DNA of 56,226 nt from a virus (taxonomy: Duplodnaviria; Caudoviricetes), in IMG/VR virus record IMGVR_UViG_3300020409_000022, positions 1 through 56,226 of that record. The stretch is one strand, 5' to 3'. Positions within the stretch are counted from its first letter, which is position 1, and each line of letters begins with the position of its first letter. This document shows positions 28,466 through 38,383 of this stretch, piece by piece. The notes under the pieces were generated by a model, which was given only the letters and a program-made list of their open reading frames with translations, ran no database searches and was not told where the DNA came from. A program made the translations under genes and the position numbers.

Positions 28466-28857
28466 TGGCTAGTGAATTAAGAGTAGATACATTAAAAGAT
28501 GCGAGTGGTAATAATAGTGTTGCTACGAGCACAGTAGCAAGTGGGAGTGCTAAAGCATGGTGTTTGTTTGAAGGTGATGGTACTGCTGCAATAACAGATT
28601 CTTTTAATTTTGGTTCTATTACAGACAACGGAACTGGTGATTATTCTTTTGCAATAACTAATAACATGAGCAATGGAAATTACTGTGTTCCTTGCGGAAC
28701 TGTGAAAGACACAGGTGGACAGACTACAAACATAGCAGTTGACCACGATAATCCTCCAAGTGCAAGTGTATTAAGAATGTTATGTGTAGATGATTATACA
28801 CAAGCACAAAGAGATGGTGAGTTGCAATCCTTTAATGTTTTAGGAGACTTAGCATGA
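28465..28857 (+). CDS. GDLA-family paralog 6
   Basis: KAW...SFNFGSITDNGTGDY...GDLA. Confidence 0.78.
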   Translation: MASELRVDTLKDASGNNSVATSTVASGSAKAWCLFEGDGTAAITDSFNFGSITDNGTGDYSFAITNNMSNGNYCVPCGTVKDTGGQTTNIAVDHDNPPSASVLRMLCVDDYTQAQRDGELQSFNVLGDLA

Positions 28858-29381
28858 GTAAAGCAGCAGATTTAGCAAGATTTATAGGTGGTGGTTTTTC
28901 AGGTAAAGTTTTACAAGTTGTAAGCACGAATAAAACTGATAAAACAGATAGTGCAGATTTTGATACAAGTTTTGAAAATGTAACTGGCTTAACTGTAAAT
29001 ATTACTCCATCATCTACCTCTAGTAAAATATATGTTATCGCCACTTTACAAATTTCAGTTGCAGGCTATCACCTTACTTTTAGAATTGCTAGAGGGGGAA
29101 GCACTATAGTAGAGCCAAGTGCAGCAGGAAACAGAATGCTAGGTATGACACATATTTATGGTAGCTCTTCTTTTAATGACCATTACAATATTGAAAGTAA
29201 AGTAATGCAAGTTTTAGATAGTCCAAGTTCTACATCAGAGCTAACTTATAGTGTGCAAGGAAAAAATGCAAACAATGCAAACACTACTGGTTTAGTTGTT
29301 AATTCAACAAATAATGATGTAGATGCTGCTTACAATTCAAGAGTTATTTCAACTATTACAGCTATGGAGATTGCTGGATAA
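28854..29381 (+). CDS. MEI-family adhesin-like paralog 2
   Basis: GKVLQV...ITPSSTSSKI...LDSPSSTSELTY...MEIAG. Confidence 0.78.
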   Translation: MSKAADLARFIGGGFSGKVLQVVSTNKTDKTDSADFDTSFENVTGLTVNITPSSTSSKIYVIATLQISVAGYHLTFRIARGGSTIVEPSAAGNRMLGMTHIYGSSSFNDHYNIESKVMQVLDSPSSTSELTYSVQGKNANNANTTGLVVNSTNNDVDAAYNSRVISTITAMEIAG

Positions 29382-29614
29382 TGGAAATAGACGCAATGTT
29401 ATTTTGGAACATTATCTTAACTATGGTCGTTATACCATTTGGTTGGGCATTTAACAAGATGTTCCAAGAGGTAAAACGTCTACAGATATTATTAAATAAG
29501 ACACGAGAAGAGTATGCACGTAAAGATGATGTAAAAGAAGATATGCATGACATCATGGATGCAATGAAAAGATTAGAAGATAAGCTAGACAAGATATTGA
29601 TGGGAGCTAGATAG
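29381..29614 (+). CDS. Small membrane protein with coiled-coil tail
   Basis: N-terminal transmembrane helix, then heptads ending RLEDKLDKIL. Confidence 0.75.
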   Translation: MEIDAMLFWNIILTMVVIPFGWAFNKMFQEVKRLQILLNKTREEYARKDDVKEDMHDIMDAMKRLEDKLDKILMGAR

Positions 29615-31431
29615 TGGCAGAGGCTAGAAAAAGAAAAATGCAAGAGGGCGGCACTACCATAAGTAATGTAACACCGCCAACTACAACTACCATGGATGTA
29701 GATGAGTATATGGGACAACAGATTACTAATCCTGTAATGCCTCAACAAAGTCAATTTGTTCCTCAGACACAAGCAATACAACCAGGAGAAGAAGTTTCTC
29801 CAGAGGCATATGCTTTACAGGGGCAACCTGATATACCAATATCACAAGCTACAACCACACAAGCACAAGGTCCTGCTGTGTCTCCAGCAGCACAAGTATC
29901 TCCAGCATTAATTGGGACTACAACACCAACAGCGACTGCTCAACAAGGCACAGGACTCACGCAACAAGCTGTAGCACAAGAAGGAGTTGTATCTCCTCAA
30001 GCGTTAGCACAAGCTCAACAAGGAGTTAGTCAAGGACTAGTACAACAAGCAGACATAACTCAAAGACAAGTTACAGCCCCTGAACAAATAACAGGAGCAG
30101 TAGCAGATACATCATTTTTAGCAGGAACTACACCTGCTCAAACAGATTTTGTAAGTCAGGTAGAGGGTGCCACAATGACTGTCACACCAGAAATGACAGT
30201 GCAAGGACAGTTAGCCCGTATATCTCAACAATTTACAGATGGTCAGGTACCATCTTGGGCAGCAGGGGTTGTGCGTAACGCTACAGCAGTAATGGCACAA
30301 AGAGGTCTTGCAGCTTCATCAATGGCAGGAGCAGCTATAACTCAAGCAATATTAGAGGCTTCTGTACCCATAGCAACAGCAGATGCTCAAACATACTACA
30401 ATACTGCTGTTAAAATAATGGACAATCAACAGCAAGCAAACTTAACAAATACACAAAATAATTTAAATGTTTCGTTAGCTAATATGTCTAACAGACAACA
30501 AACAGCTCTAGCGAAAATGCAAGTGCAGGCGGCTCTGGCAGGTCAAACCCTCTCAAATCAACAACAAGCAAATATCCTCAACGCTGAAAAATTTGCCGAA
30601 GCAGCTAATCTTAATTTTACGCAAGAACAGCAGAGAGTGTTTTCTAACTCTAAAATGATGGAAACACTTAATTTGCAAAACTTAAATAATGCACAAACAG
30701 TAGCCTTGTCAAACGCAGCTAATTTTGCTAAAATGGATATGGCTAATCTAAATAATAGGCAACAAGCCATGGTATTAAATGCACAAGGCTTTTTGCAAAT
30801 GGATATGTCTAATTTAAGTAACACTCAACAAACAGAAACTATAAATCAACAAGCTAGATTGCAAACTTTGTTGTCAGACCAAGCAGCCCAAAATGCTGCT
30901 CAAAACTTTAATGCTACTAGTCAGAACCAGGTAAATCAGTTTTTTGAGACATTGGCATCTGATATTAGAAAACTAAACGCAACACAGGCTAACTCACATG
31001 AGCAGTTCAATGCAGGACAAGCTAATGCCTTATCACAGTTTCGTGCTACCATGCAAAATACAAGAGAACAATTTAATACAAAGAATGCTTTAGAGATAGC
31101 CCAAAGTAATGCTACCTGGAGAAGAAACGTAAACACCGCAAACACAGCTTCAGTAAATGCAGCTAATCAAATTAATGCAGCTAATTACTTAGGTATATCA
31201 AATCAAGCATTAGCAAACATTTGGCAACAATATAGAGATGAAGCAGACTATGTATATAATTCATCAGAGAATGCTCAAGATAGAGCATTTAATTATGCTA
31301 TGGCTGTACTTGATGCAAAAGTATCGGCAGACCAGTATGATAAATACTTAGATGAACAATCATCTAGTGCTATTGGTGGTTTTATTGCAGAATTAGGTAT
31401 AGCGGCAATAAATAGAGGAATATTCGGATGA
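29614..31431 (+). CDS. Gln/Ala/Asn-rich internal virion (ejection/pilot-like) protein
   Basis: Long Q/N/A coiled-coil with roughly 11-residue N-x-x-Q-Q periodicity; glycine-rich hydrophobic C-terminus; after tail genes. Confidence 0.7.
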   Translation: MAEARKRKMQEGGTTISNVTPPTTTTMDVDEYMGQQITNPVMPQQSQFVPQTQAIQPGEEVSPEAYALQGQPDIPISQATTTQAQGPAVSPAAQVSPALIGTTTPTATAQQGTGLTQQAVAQEGVVSPQALAQAQQGVSQGLVQQADITQRQVTAPEQITGAVADTSFLAGTTPAQTDFVSQVEGATMTVTPEMTVQGQLARISQQFTDGQVPSWAAGVVRNATAVMAQRGLAASSMAGAAITQAILEASVPIATADAQTYYNTAVKIMDNQQQANLTNTQNNLNVSLANMSNRQQTALAKMQVQAALAGQTLSNQQQANILNAEKFAEAANLNFTQEQQRVFSNSKMMETLNLQNLNNAQTVALSNAANFAKMDMANLNNRQQAMVLNAQGFLQMDMSNLSNTQQTETINQQARLQTLLSDQAAQNAAQNFNATSQNQVNQFFETLASDIRKLNATQANSHEQFNAGQANALSQFRATMQNTREQFNTKNALEIAQSNATWRRNVNTANTASVNAANQINAANYLGISNQALANIWQQYRDEADYVYNSSENAQDRAFNYAMAVLDAKVSADQYDKYLDEQSSSAIGGFIAELGIAAINRGIFG

Positions 31432-31706
31432 TTGGAATAGCAGCAGCAATAGGTGCACAAATAATAGGAGGCACTTTAAATAAAAGTGGAGGGCAACGCT
31501 CTGTACAACAAACACAAGTTCAATCTCCAAGGTCTTTTCAATCAAGTATATATGAAAAGTTTGGTAGAGCAACAAGTAGGCGACCTAGAGTATCAGGTTT
31601 CACAAGACCTGCAGAAGTATCAACAGGTTCTTTCTATGGTCCAACAAGTAAATATAATGCTATAATAAGAAAAAGACTAGGTCTACTAACGTCAACGAAA
31701 GCATAA
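31428..31706 (+). CDS. Small putative internal virion protein
   Basis: Ala/Gly hydrophobic N-terminus, basic body; ATGA overlap. Confidence 0.6.
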   Translation: MIGIAAAIGAQIIGGTLNKSGGQRSVQQTQVQSPRSFQSSIYEKFGRATSRRPRVSGFTRPAEVSTGSFYGPTSKYNAIIRKRLGLLTSTKA

Positions 31707-31710
31707 TAAC

Positions 31711-32283
31711 ATGGATATACAATTAAAAGATACCATGACTTTACCGAGTGGTAAAGAAAGGTCTGTATTTGATACAACTATTCCTGGACAATCATTTACG
31801 GCAAACCCAGGCATATATCCTTGGGATAGCCCACCATTGTTAAACTCATCAGATGAAGTTGTACAATTTTTTTCAGAAAAATTTGATAATGAATCAGCCG
31901 CTACACAGTTATTAACTTTGTTAGAAACAGATATTTCTGTATCAACAATAGTTGATTCTTTGTTGTTAGCAGGATTTGCAGAAGGCTTATTTAATCCTGA
32001 TGTTGCCGTATTAGCTGCAGAAGATTTAATATTACTAATTACTTATTTAGGTAAAGAAGCAGGATTAGACCCTAAAATAGTAGATGAGCAAGAGGGCACT
32101 GTAAGTGACGCATTACAAAAAATTGCTACACTTAAAGAAAGCAAAAAAGAATTTGCAGATTATAATGCTGGCATAGAACCTCCAACTGAGGAAGAAACAA
32201 CAGAAGAAGAACCTTTGCAAAAAGGATTGATGGCAAAGAAACCAAAAGAAGTAACGCAGGAGACAGAAGATGGTATCATTTAG
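31711..32283 (+). CDS. Acidic hypothetical virion-associated protein
   Basis: IPGQSFT..PG.YPWDSPP, GLFNPDV, C-terminal KGLMAK. Confidence 0.75.
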   Translation: MDIQLKDTMTLPSGKERSVFDTTIPGQSFTANPGIYPWDSPPLLNSSDEVVQFFSEKFDNESAATQLLTLLETDISVSTIVDSLLLAGFAEGLFNPDVAVLAAEDLILLITYLGKEAGLDPKIVDEQEGTVSDALQKIATLKESKKEFADYNAGIEPPTEEETTEEEPLQKGLMAKKPKEVTQETEDGII

Positions 32284-34129
32284 AGGTTTAATGAGAGGTG
32301 CTGCTCAAGCAGGCACTCGTAGACTACAATCTGTCAATTACCTTGATGAGCAAGGTATAGAACAAATAGCTCAAACTTTCCAAAAGACTGCTCCTAAAAT
32401 ACAAGAAGAACAGCAGAAAGCTCAAAAAGGTATAGATGATATAAATACTTTAGCTAATTCATTAGGTATCAATCCAGATGTTGTTGCTCATACAATGAAA
32501 GTGTATGGCAATGACAGAGCTAAAACTATGACACATCTTATAAATTTAAAGAAACATTTTAAGGGCAAGCCTATACCCGTTACTGCTATAGAGCAGACAG
32601 ACCAAATGTTGACAAAACCAGAAGTTACAGAAGCAAAAGTAGATGCTGTTGTGCCTGAGACAAAGACTGATGATGAATTTAAATTCACAAGCCTGTTTAA
32701 AACAAGAGGCAGAGAAGATTTAATAAATGAATTTATAAATAGAAACCCAGGACTAGACCCACAAACTGTCAAGAATGTTTTAGCTGGTAATTATGATTTA
32801 CCTCAGTTTACACCCACCACACAAATATCCTCTGATGTATTTATGAAAGGATTTGAAGGTGCTACAGGCAAATTAGGCGACTTATATAAAACATCATTTG
32901 CTAGATTTAAGAAATTAGATGACCAACTAATTACAAAGCCTGGAGCTTTTAGTGAGGCAAACAAAAACCTAATTCTTAAATTACGCCCTAAGTTTACAGA
33001 ATTTCAAAATGCTTTAATTGACAATGATAAAACTAAAGCAGACAGTCTTTTTCAAGAAATAACAAAATTAGGCTTTAACAATATTACAACTCTCCAAGAA
33101 GACTCTTCTAGCAAACCAACTGAAAAATATAAAATTATTTTTAATAGAATGGTAGCAAGATTTCCAAATCAAACTAAAGAGTTCCATACACAAAAAACAG
33201 AGGAGTTTTTAGCAAGTGATGTTATATTCAGCGGAAACAGTGCTTTCAAAAAAATCATAGACCCTAATGGAAATGCTGCATTAATTCCAATGTATGTCAT
33301 CAGAAATGGAAATGAAACTATATCTAATGACAAAGTGTATAAAAAGACATTATCATCAATACAAAAAGGTACTAATAACTTTGCTAAAATATTTAGATTA
33401 AGGAACACACTGGAGAAAATTCCTAATGCATTTAGTATAGAGGGGCAATTTAGACAAGGAGTTACTGGATTTCTTGGTTTATTTGGCTCAGAAGATTGGG
33501 CTAAAAGCGTTGGTGGGGCTGATATAATAATGTCTCAACAAGATAGAATATCTTTTGTTTCTTCTGTTAAAGACGAATTATTTGATGACCCAAGGTTATC
33601 AGACCAAGATTTGAGACTTGTATTAAATTACATAGCAATACTTGATAATCCTCTTGCGTCAAAGCCGTTAGCTAGAGCTGCTTTATTAGGCATAGAAAGA
33701 GCATTAGTGAACAGCCAGGCTATGAATATAGCTCAACTATATCCTAACCTTACAGCCGCGGCTTACGATAGTGACGGAGACATAGACTTTAAGAAGGACA
33801 GCGTTGCAGTTAGGCTACATAATAATCTTATGACTGCTGCATTTGGTCCTAATCATAAGAAAAAGTATGAAAAAATGAATGCTAAACAACAAGAGAGATA
33901 TAAGTTAATAGCTCTGCAAAATTACAAGGTCGTTCAGAACTCTGTTGGTGCTGTTAATGCTTTCCAAAGTAATGTGGACAATGCTGAATTTAAATTCAGA
34001 AGTAAGAATTTATTTGATATAACAAAAGCTCCAAAGTTTAGTACAGCAGCAGTAGGACATGCAGATGCATTTAATAAAGTACTGAAAGAATACGAGGAAG
34101 TAAAAGCAAAGAGGTTACAAGAATCGTGA
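32270..34129 (+). CDS. Putative internal virion protein (619 aa)
   Basis: AGGAG SD; helical; position typical of podoviral ejection proteins. Confidence 0.7.
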   Translation: MVSFRGLMRGAAQAGTRRLQSVNYLDEQGIEQIAQTFQKTAPKIQEEQQKAQKGIDDINTLANSLGINPDVVAHTMKVYGNDRAKTMTHLINLKKHFKGKPIPVTAIEQTDQMLTKPEVTEAKVDAVVPETKTDDEFKFTSLFKTRGREDLINEFINRNPGLDPQTVKNVLAGNYDLPQFTPTTQISSDVFMKGFEGATGKLGDLYKTSFARFKKLDDQLITKPGAFSEANKNLILKLRPKFTEFQNALIDNDKTKADSLFQEITKLGFNNITTLQEDSSSKPTEKYKIIFNRMVARFPNQTKEFHTQKTEEFLASDVIFSGNSAFKKIIDPNGNAALIPMYVIRNGNETISNDKVYKKTLSSIQKGTNNFAKIFRLRNTLEKIPNAFSIEGQFRQGVTGFLGLFGSEDWAKSVGGADIIMSQQDRISFVSSVKDELFDDPRLSDQDLRLVLNYIAILDNPLASKPLARAALLGIERALVNSQAMNIAQLYPNLTAAAYDSDGDIDFKKDSVAVRLHNNLMTAAFGPNHKKKYEKMNAKQQERYKLIALQNYKVVQNSVGAVNAFQSNVDNAEFKFRSKNLFDITKAPKFSTAAVGHADAFNKVLKEYEEVKAKRLQES

Positions 34130-37100
34130 GTGATGTACAAATATTAAATAAATTATTTCCTGAAGATACAACAAATAATCAGACCTTAGCTGACAAGATT
34201 GTAAAAGGTACAACGGACAAAAGTGAAGAAGAGCAAATGAAAGGTGCTTTTGGAATGGGACCTCTTGGTAAAGTAGCCTTGCCTGCACGTTTGGAAGATG
34301 CTCAAATATTAGAAGTACAACCAGGAATAGTTACAAGTGTGAACGTGCCTACGCAAGAAGGACCTTTTGGAATAAAATCTAATGTAAGGTACGCTAGAGA
34401 AGGGGATTTTGAAAGAAGTCAAGAAACTGTTGAAAAGATTAAATTACAAGAGCAAAACAAATATGCCACAAGAATAAATAAACTAAAGACAGAAGCAGGA
34501 TTTAAAGACGACAAAATTGACATATCTGATTTTACTCAAACTAGCTTTTTTGGTATAAGTCCAGCAGAAGAAACAGAGACAACTAAAGTTCTAAACTCAT
34601 ACCCAGGCTCTCAACAAGCTGAACTTGCTTTTGTTGATGACAATGACGATTATTTAAAATGGTTAGAAGACACAGTAGGAAAAGACAACTTTAAAGTATT
34701 TTTTGATAAAGACGCTTCTTTCTTAGAGCCTAAAGCATACGTATCCATAAAAAATCCAGAGACAGGAGAGTTCACTCCATTTTCATCTGTAACTAAAACT
34801 TTTGGGGATGGGCTACTTCGATTCGGTGCTACTTTAGCTTACGAAATTCCAACTTATGCTGCTAACGTAGCTGTTGCGACAGCCGTTTCAGCTCCTTTAC
34901 TTGCTATACCTGTTGCAGGTATACCTCTTGCAACATTAGCTTTTACTTATACTTTATATGCTGGAGGAAAAGGAAGAGAAAGATTAAGAGAGTATGTAAA
35001 AGAAGAGTTAGGAATAAATGAAGATGCAGATAAAAATTTATTTGAAAACATGGTTAGACTTATAAATAATGCTTTAGATGTAACAACAAGTCCTGGGGGA
35101 GGCACTTTTAGAGAAGAATTGGCAGGACTTGCAGACGCTATACCAGGAGGATTTTACTTCAAAAGAGGATTAAAAAATGCAGCAGAAAAAGCTAAGTTAA
35201 AATTTTTAGAAAGAGTGGATGCACAAGCTAAAGAAGGAGAGTTCCCATCTGTAAAACCTGCAATGAGATTTCAAGAGCAAACTCAAACAGGAGGAAGGCT
35301 AGACATAGGTAAGCCTCTTGACAAATTCTTAATAACAAATTTAACACCTAATAAAATTTTAGAGAGATTTCAAAATATTTCTTCTCAAGTATCTGTAGTT
35401 ATACCTTCTAGGATAAAACAACAAATGAACTCTGTTGTGGAATACATTCAAAAATATAAAGATAACGCAGGAAAAGGTAATTTTGAACAATTTAGAAAAA
35501 CTTTAGATGATTTAGGCACTTACTTAAAAGACGCCAGAACTAAAGTCAGTGAAATAGATATGAGAAACTTAGGAACTTCTTTAGTTGAATTAGATACTAT
35601 GTTTTTAACTTTGCGTAAATTTGAATCTGATGCATTATATAAAAATGTGTTTGATAAAACAAAAAACTCTGTGTATAACTTATCAACAATTAGAGAAGCT
35701 CTTCCTGATATATACAAAGCTATAATACCTACGAGACAAGGGGATGAAATAGTACCAGAGGTTCCTATAGCAGGTAAGCAAGAAAACTTAATTAGAAATG
35801 TTGTGAGTCAAATTGCTACGTTAGGAAACAAAGATGGAAAACTCACTAGACAAGCGGTGGTGTCAGCGATAAATAAATTTAAAAAAGCAAACCCAGACTT
35901 TGCTGGTGTGAACTATGCTGATGTCAAAACTCCTGCAGAGTTACTACAAATGTATGCAAGTTACTTTGGATACTTAGCAAGAGATGTATATGGTAGTGCA
36001 GGCACAGCGATAAACCTACCTTTAGCACAAACTGCTATGCAATTCAGAAACATTTTCTTAGACTTAATTGCAAAACCTGATAAAAATATACCTGGACTTG
36101 CTGAGGCTCTTAAGAAAGCTAATTCTTTTTACAAAGAAACTTTTGACAAAACTACCATGGAAACACAAGTAGCTTTACGTAATGCTATGAAAGGACCTGT
36201 AAAACAAGAACCAGGACAATTCATAACTAAGATAATAGGAAGTAAGACTGGAACAGCTCCAACTGAGTTTTCTACTATTACAATCGACAACATAGGATTT
36301 ATGAACGATTACATACAGAAAGAGTTAAGAAATCTAACTGATGAAAAAATACAAGCCTTAATAAAAAGAGGAATGTCAGATGAACAAATTAAATCAGGAA
36401 CAAGTGCTGTTGCAAATCTAAAAACTTCATTTAATGCAGTCATAGGCAACAAAATAAATAATATAACTGATATAAAAACAGGCAGACAAGGCACTGCTCA
36501 AGAAGTTATAGATTATATAAATAGCTTTGATGATAAAGCATTAGAAGTGCTGGGACTAGTTAAGAGAAATCCAGACGGCTCTATTAATAGAGATGCAAAA
36601 AATAAATTAATAGAAGATACTTTAATATTACAGGATTTAGCCTCTGGAGGTTTTGTCAATATAACAACATTAAGTGTTAACACTCCATTTGGTAAAATAA
36701 TAAAGGGCTATTTTGAAGATGATAAAATGCTTGTTACAAACTTTGAGAAACTACTTAGAGTTGCAAGACAAAGTAAAAAGAAACCCATTGACGTTAAACC
36801 AGTTGAAAGACTCAAGCAAACTGCTGAAGTAAATAATATTAGAAAAGGACTAATAGAATACATATTCTCAGTTGACAGCGGAGTATTCAAACAAATAGAT
36901 AAAAATACTGCATTTGGTAACGCAGGCGACTTTAGAATTGATGCCGCTAAATTACAAGAAGTAGTTGAAAAAATAAATGGAATAGATGTGTTTAAGCAAA
37001 TATTTAGTAAAAAAGATTTTGATATTTTAAATGGTTTAAATCAATATACTTTAACTATATCAAAAGGTATGAATGATGTCGGTGCATCTTTATCTGGTGC

Positions 37101-37434
37101 TCAGATTATAGGTGGAATAATAGATGGTGTCACTAACTTAGAGGGTGGCAAATTTGTAAAAGGTATTGCAAGATTAGCAGGACAAAATAGATTAGCTAAA
37201 ATATTTGTTAGTGATAAAGTATCAAATTTATTTACAGGAGCATCTTTACAAAACATAAGAACAAACAAAGAAAAATTAAAAGAAATATTCCTTGGTAAAC
37301 AAAGTGTAGCAGCTATAATATCTAATATAGCTTTAGACCCTTCAATTCAAGGTGAGGGGGATGATTCTGCCGAGGGACAAACTCAACTTAGCACTAGAGA
37401 ATTAGAGCTACTTAAGAAGATAACCCCTAATTAA
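34126..37434 (+). CDS. Large putative internal virion protein (1102 aa)
   Basis: Last gene of the structural arm; hydrophobic Ala-rich hairpin near residues 230-280. Confidence 0.72.
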   Translation: MSDVQILNKLFPEDTTNNQTLADKIVKGTTDKSEEEQMKGAFGMGPLGKVALPARLEDAQILEVQPGIVTSVNVPTQEGPFGIKSNVRYAREGDFERSQETVEKIKLQEQNKYATRINKLKTEAGFKDDKIDISDFTQTSFFGISPAEETETTKVLNSYPGSQQAELAFVDDNDDYLKWLEDTVGKDNFKVFFDKDASFLEPKAYVSIKNPETGEFTPFSSVTKTFGDGLLRFGATLAYEIPTYAANVAVATAVSAPLLAIPVAGIPLATLAFTYTLYAGGKGRERLREYVKEELGINEDADKNLFENMVRLINNALDVTTSPGGGTFREELAGLADAIPGGFYFKRGLKNAAEKAKLKFLERVDAQAKEGEFPSVKPAMRFQEQTQTGGRLDIGKPLDKFLITNLTPNKILERFQNISSQVSVVIPSRIKQQMNSVVEYIQKYKDNAGKGNFEQFRKTLDDLGTYLKDARTKVSEIDMRNLGTSLVELDTMFLTLRKFESDALYKNVFDKTKNSVYNLSTIREALPDIYKAIIPTRQGDEIVPEVPIAGKQENLIRNVVSQIATLGNKDGKLTRQAVVSAINKFKKANPDFAGVNYADVKTPAELLQMYASYFGYLARDVYGSAGTAINLPLAQTAMQFRNIFLDLIAKPDKNIPGLAEALKKANSFYKETFDKTTMETQVALRNAMKGPVKQEPGQFITKIIGSKTGTAPTEFSTITIDNIGFMNDYIQKELRNLTDEKIQALIKRGMSDEQIKSGTSAVANLKTSFNAVIGNKINNITDIKTGRQGTAQEVIDYINSFDDKALEVLGLVKRNPDGSINRDAKNKLIEDTLILQDLASGGFVNITTLSVNTPFGKIIKGYFEDDKMLVTNFEKLLRVARQSKKKPIDVKPVERLKQTAEVNNIRKGLIEYIFSVDSGVFKQIDKNTAFGNAGDFRIDAAKLQEVVEKINGIDVFKQIFSKKDFDILNGLNQYTLTISKGMNDVGASLSGAQIIGGIIDGVTNLEGGKFVKGIARLAGQNRLAKIFVSDKVSNLFTGASLQNIRTNKEKLKEIFLGKQSVAAIISNIALDPSIQGEGDDSAEGQTQLSTRELELLKKITPN

Positions 37435-37724
37435 TCTACTACATCCATATCATTTACTCTAGTTCGTAGTCTAACAGACTCTTCATGTAGTTTATTAGCT
37501 ATATTTAACAATAAGTCTTTGCCATCTTTAGCAATTCGCACATCTTTATTTTTTAGCACAGTAACAGTATAGCCCTCTACTAAGTCATCTATGATGTCGC
37601 TCCACTTGTATTCGGCATACATGTTATCTTTTTCTGGAGATAAGACTACGCCTATACCATTCTCAGTAGGCACAAGATGTACAAAAATTTCACTTACTAA
37701 TTCTACTTTTTTGTATGTCATCAC
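37431..37724 (-). CDS. Hypothetical protein
   Basis: 97-aa ORF; last gene of the - arm; stop overlaps the + arm stop in TTAA. Confidence 0.65.
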   Translation of the reverse strand: MMTYKKVELVSEIFVHLVPTENGIGVVLSPEKDNMYAEYKWSDIIDDLVEGYTVTVLKNKDVRIAKDGKDLLLNIANKLHEESVRLRTRVNDMDVVD

Positions 37725-37974
37725 ACTTTTCCTTTGAGGGCAATCTTGCCCAATCTTTTATACCAATCTTAAATCTAGTTAAAGCATGTCTACTGCTTTT
37801 ATCTGATGTGACTAAATCGCCTTGTGATATTCTAGCCCACTTTCTACCCTCAACAACATAAACTAAATATGTCCCACAAAGAGGATATTTTGATTCAAAG
37901 AATCTAGCTTTGTACCTTTGTGCGTTTTTCCACACTGGACTTAGTGGTTTTTCTAGTGTTGATATTTTTGACAT
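37690..37974 (-). CDS. Hypothetical protein
   Basis: 94-aa ORF; YVVEGRKWARI. Confidence 0.65.
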   Translation of the reverse strand: MSKISTLEKPLSPVWKNAQRYKARFFESKYPLCGTYLVYVVEGRKWARISQGDLVTSDKSSRHALTRFKIGIKDWARLPSKEKCDDIQKSRISK

Positions 37975-38383
37975 TTTTTTCCCTTTCTCTAAATGCTTTT
38001 ATTACGTCTGATGAAAATAACTTTTGTATATTGAGCAAATACATCTTAGATGCATTATGGTCGCCCCCTTTTACTGTCTTAGTATAATCAAGGGAGTCAA
38101 TAATACTGCGTAAAACATCAGTGCGAAAAACAAGTGTTGCATAGGTTTCTTTTCCAATGCACAAATTATGAAACCAATAATCTGATTCCGTAGCTTTAAT
38201 TCCCGAAGGTTTACCATAACTTTCATACTCCACTGCTATATTACCTGTCCGTTGCCACATGTCTCTTTCAGATTTAACTTCAATAGTTTTATTCTGAAGC
38301 ATGTCGGCAACTTGTTTTTCTCTGACTTCACCCCACTGTAAGTCAATATCAAATTTTTTTCTATCTTTTATAGAGGGTTTCAT
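37904..38383 (-). CDS. Putative PD-(D/E)xK-like nuclease
   Basis: FDIDL..GE..E...IEVKSE...TGNIAVEY...PSGI.AT.SDYW. Confidence 0.6.
   Translation of the reverse strand: MKPSIKDRKKFDIDLQWGEVREKQVADMLQNKTIEVKSERDMWQRTGNIAVEYESYGKPSGIKATESDYWFHNLCIGKETYATLVFRTDVLRSIIDSLDYTKTVKGGDHNASKMYLLNIQKLFSSDVIKAFREREKNVKNINTRKTTKSSVEKRTKVQS

Noticed and set aside
24411-28857. Diversity-generating retroelement or invertase shufflon behind the paralog array
   Set aside because: No reverse transcriptase, no template/variable repeat pair differing only at adenines, no invertase, and all cassettes face the same way
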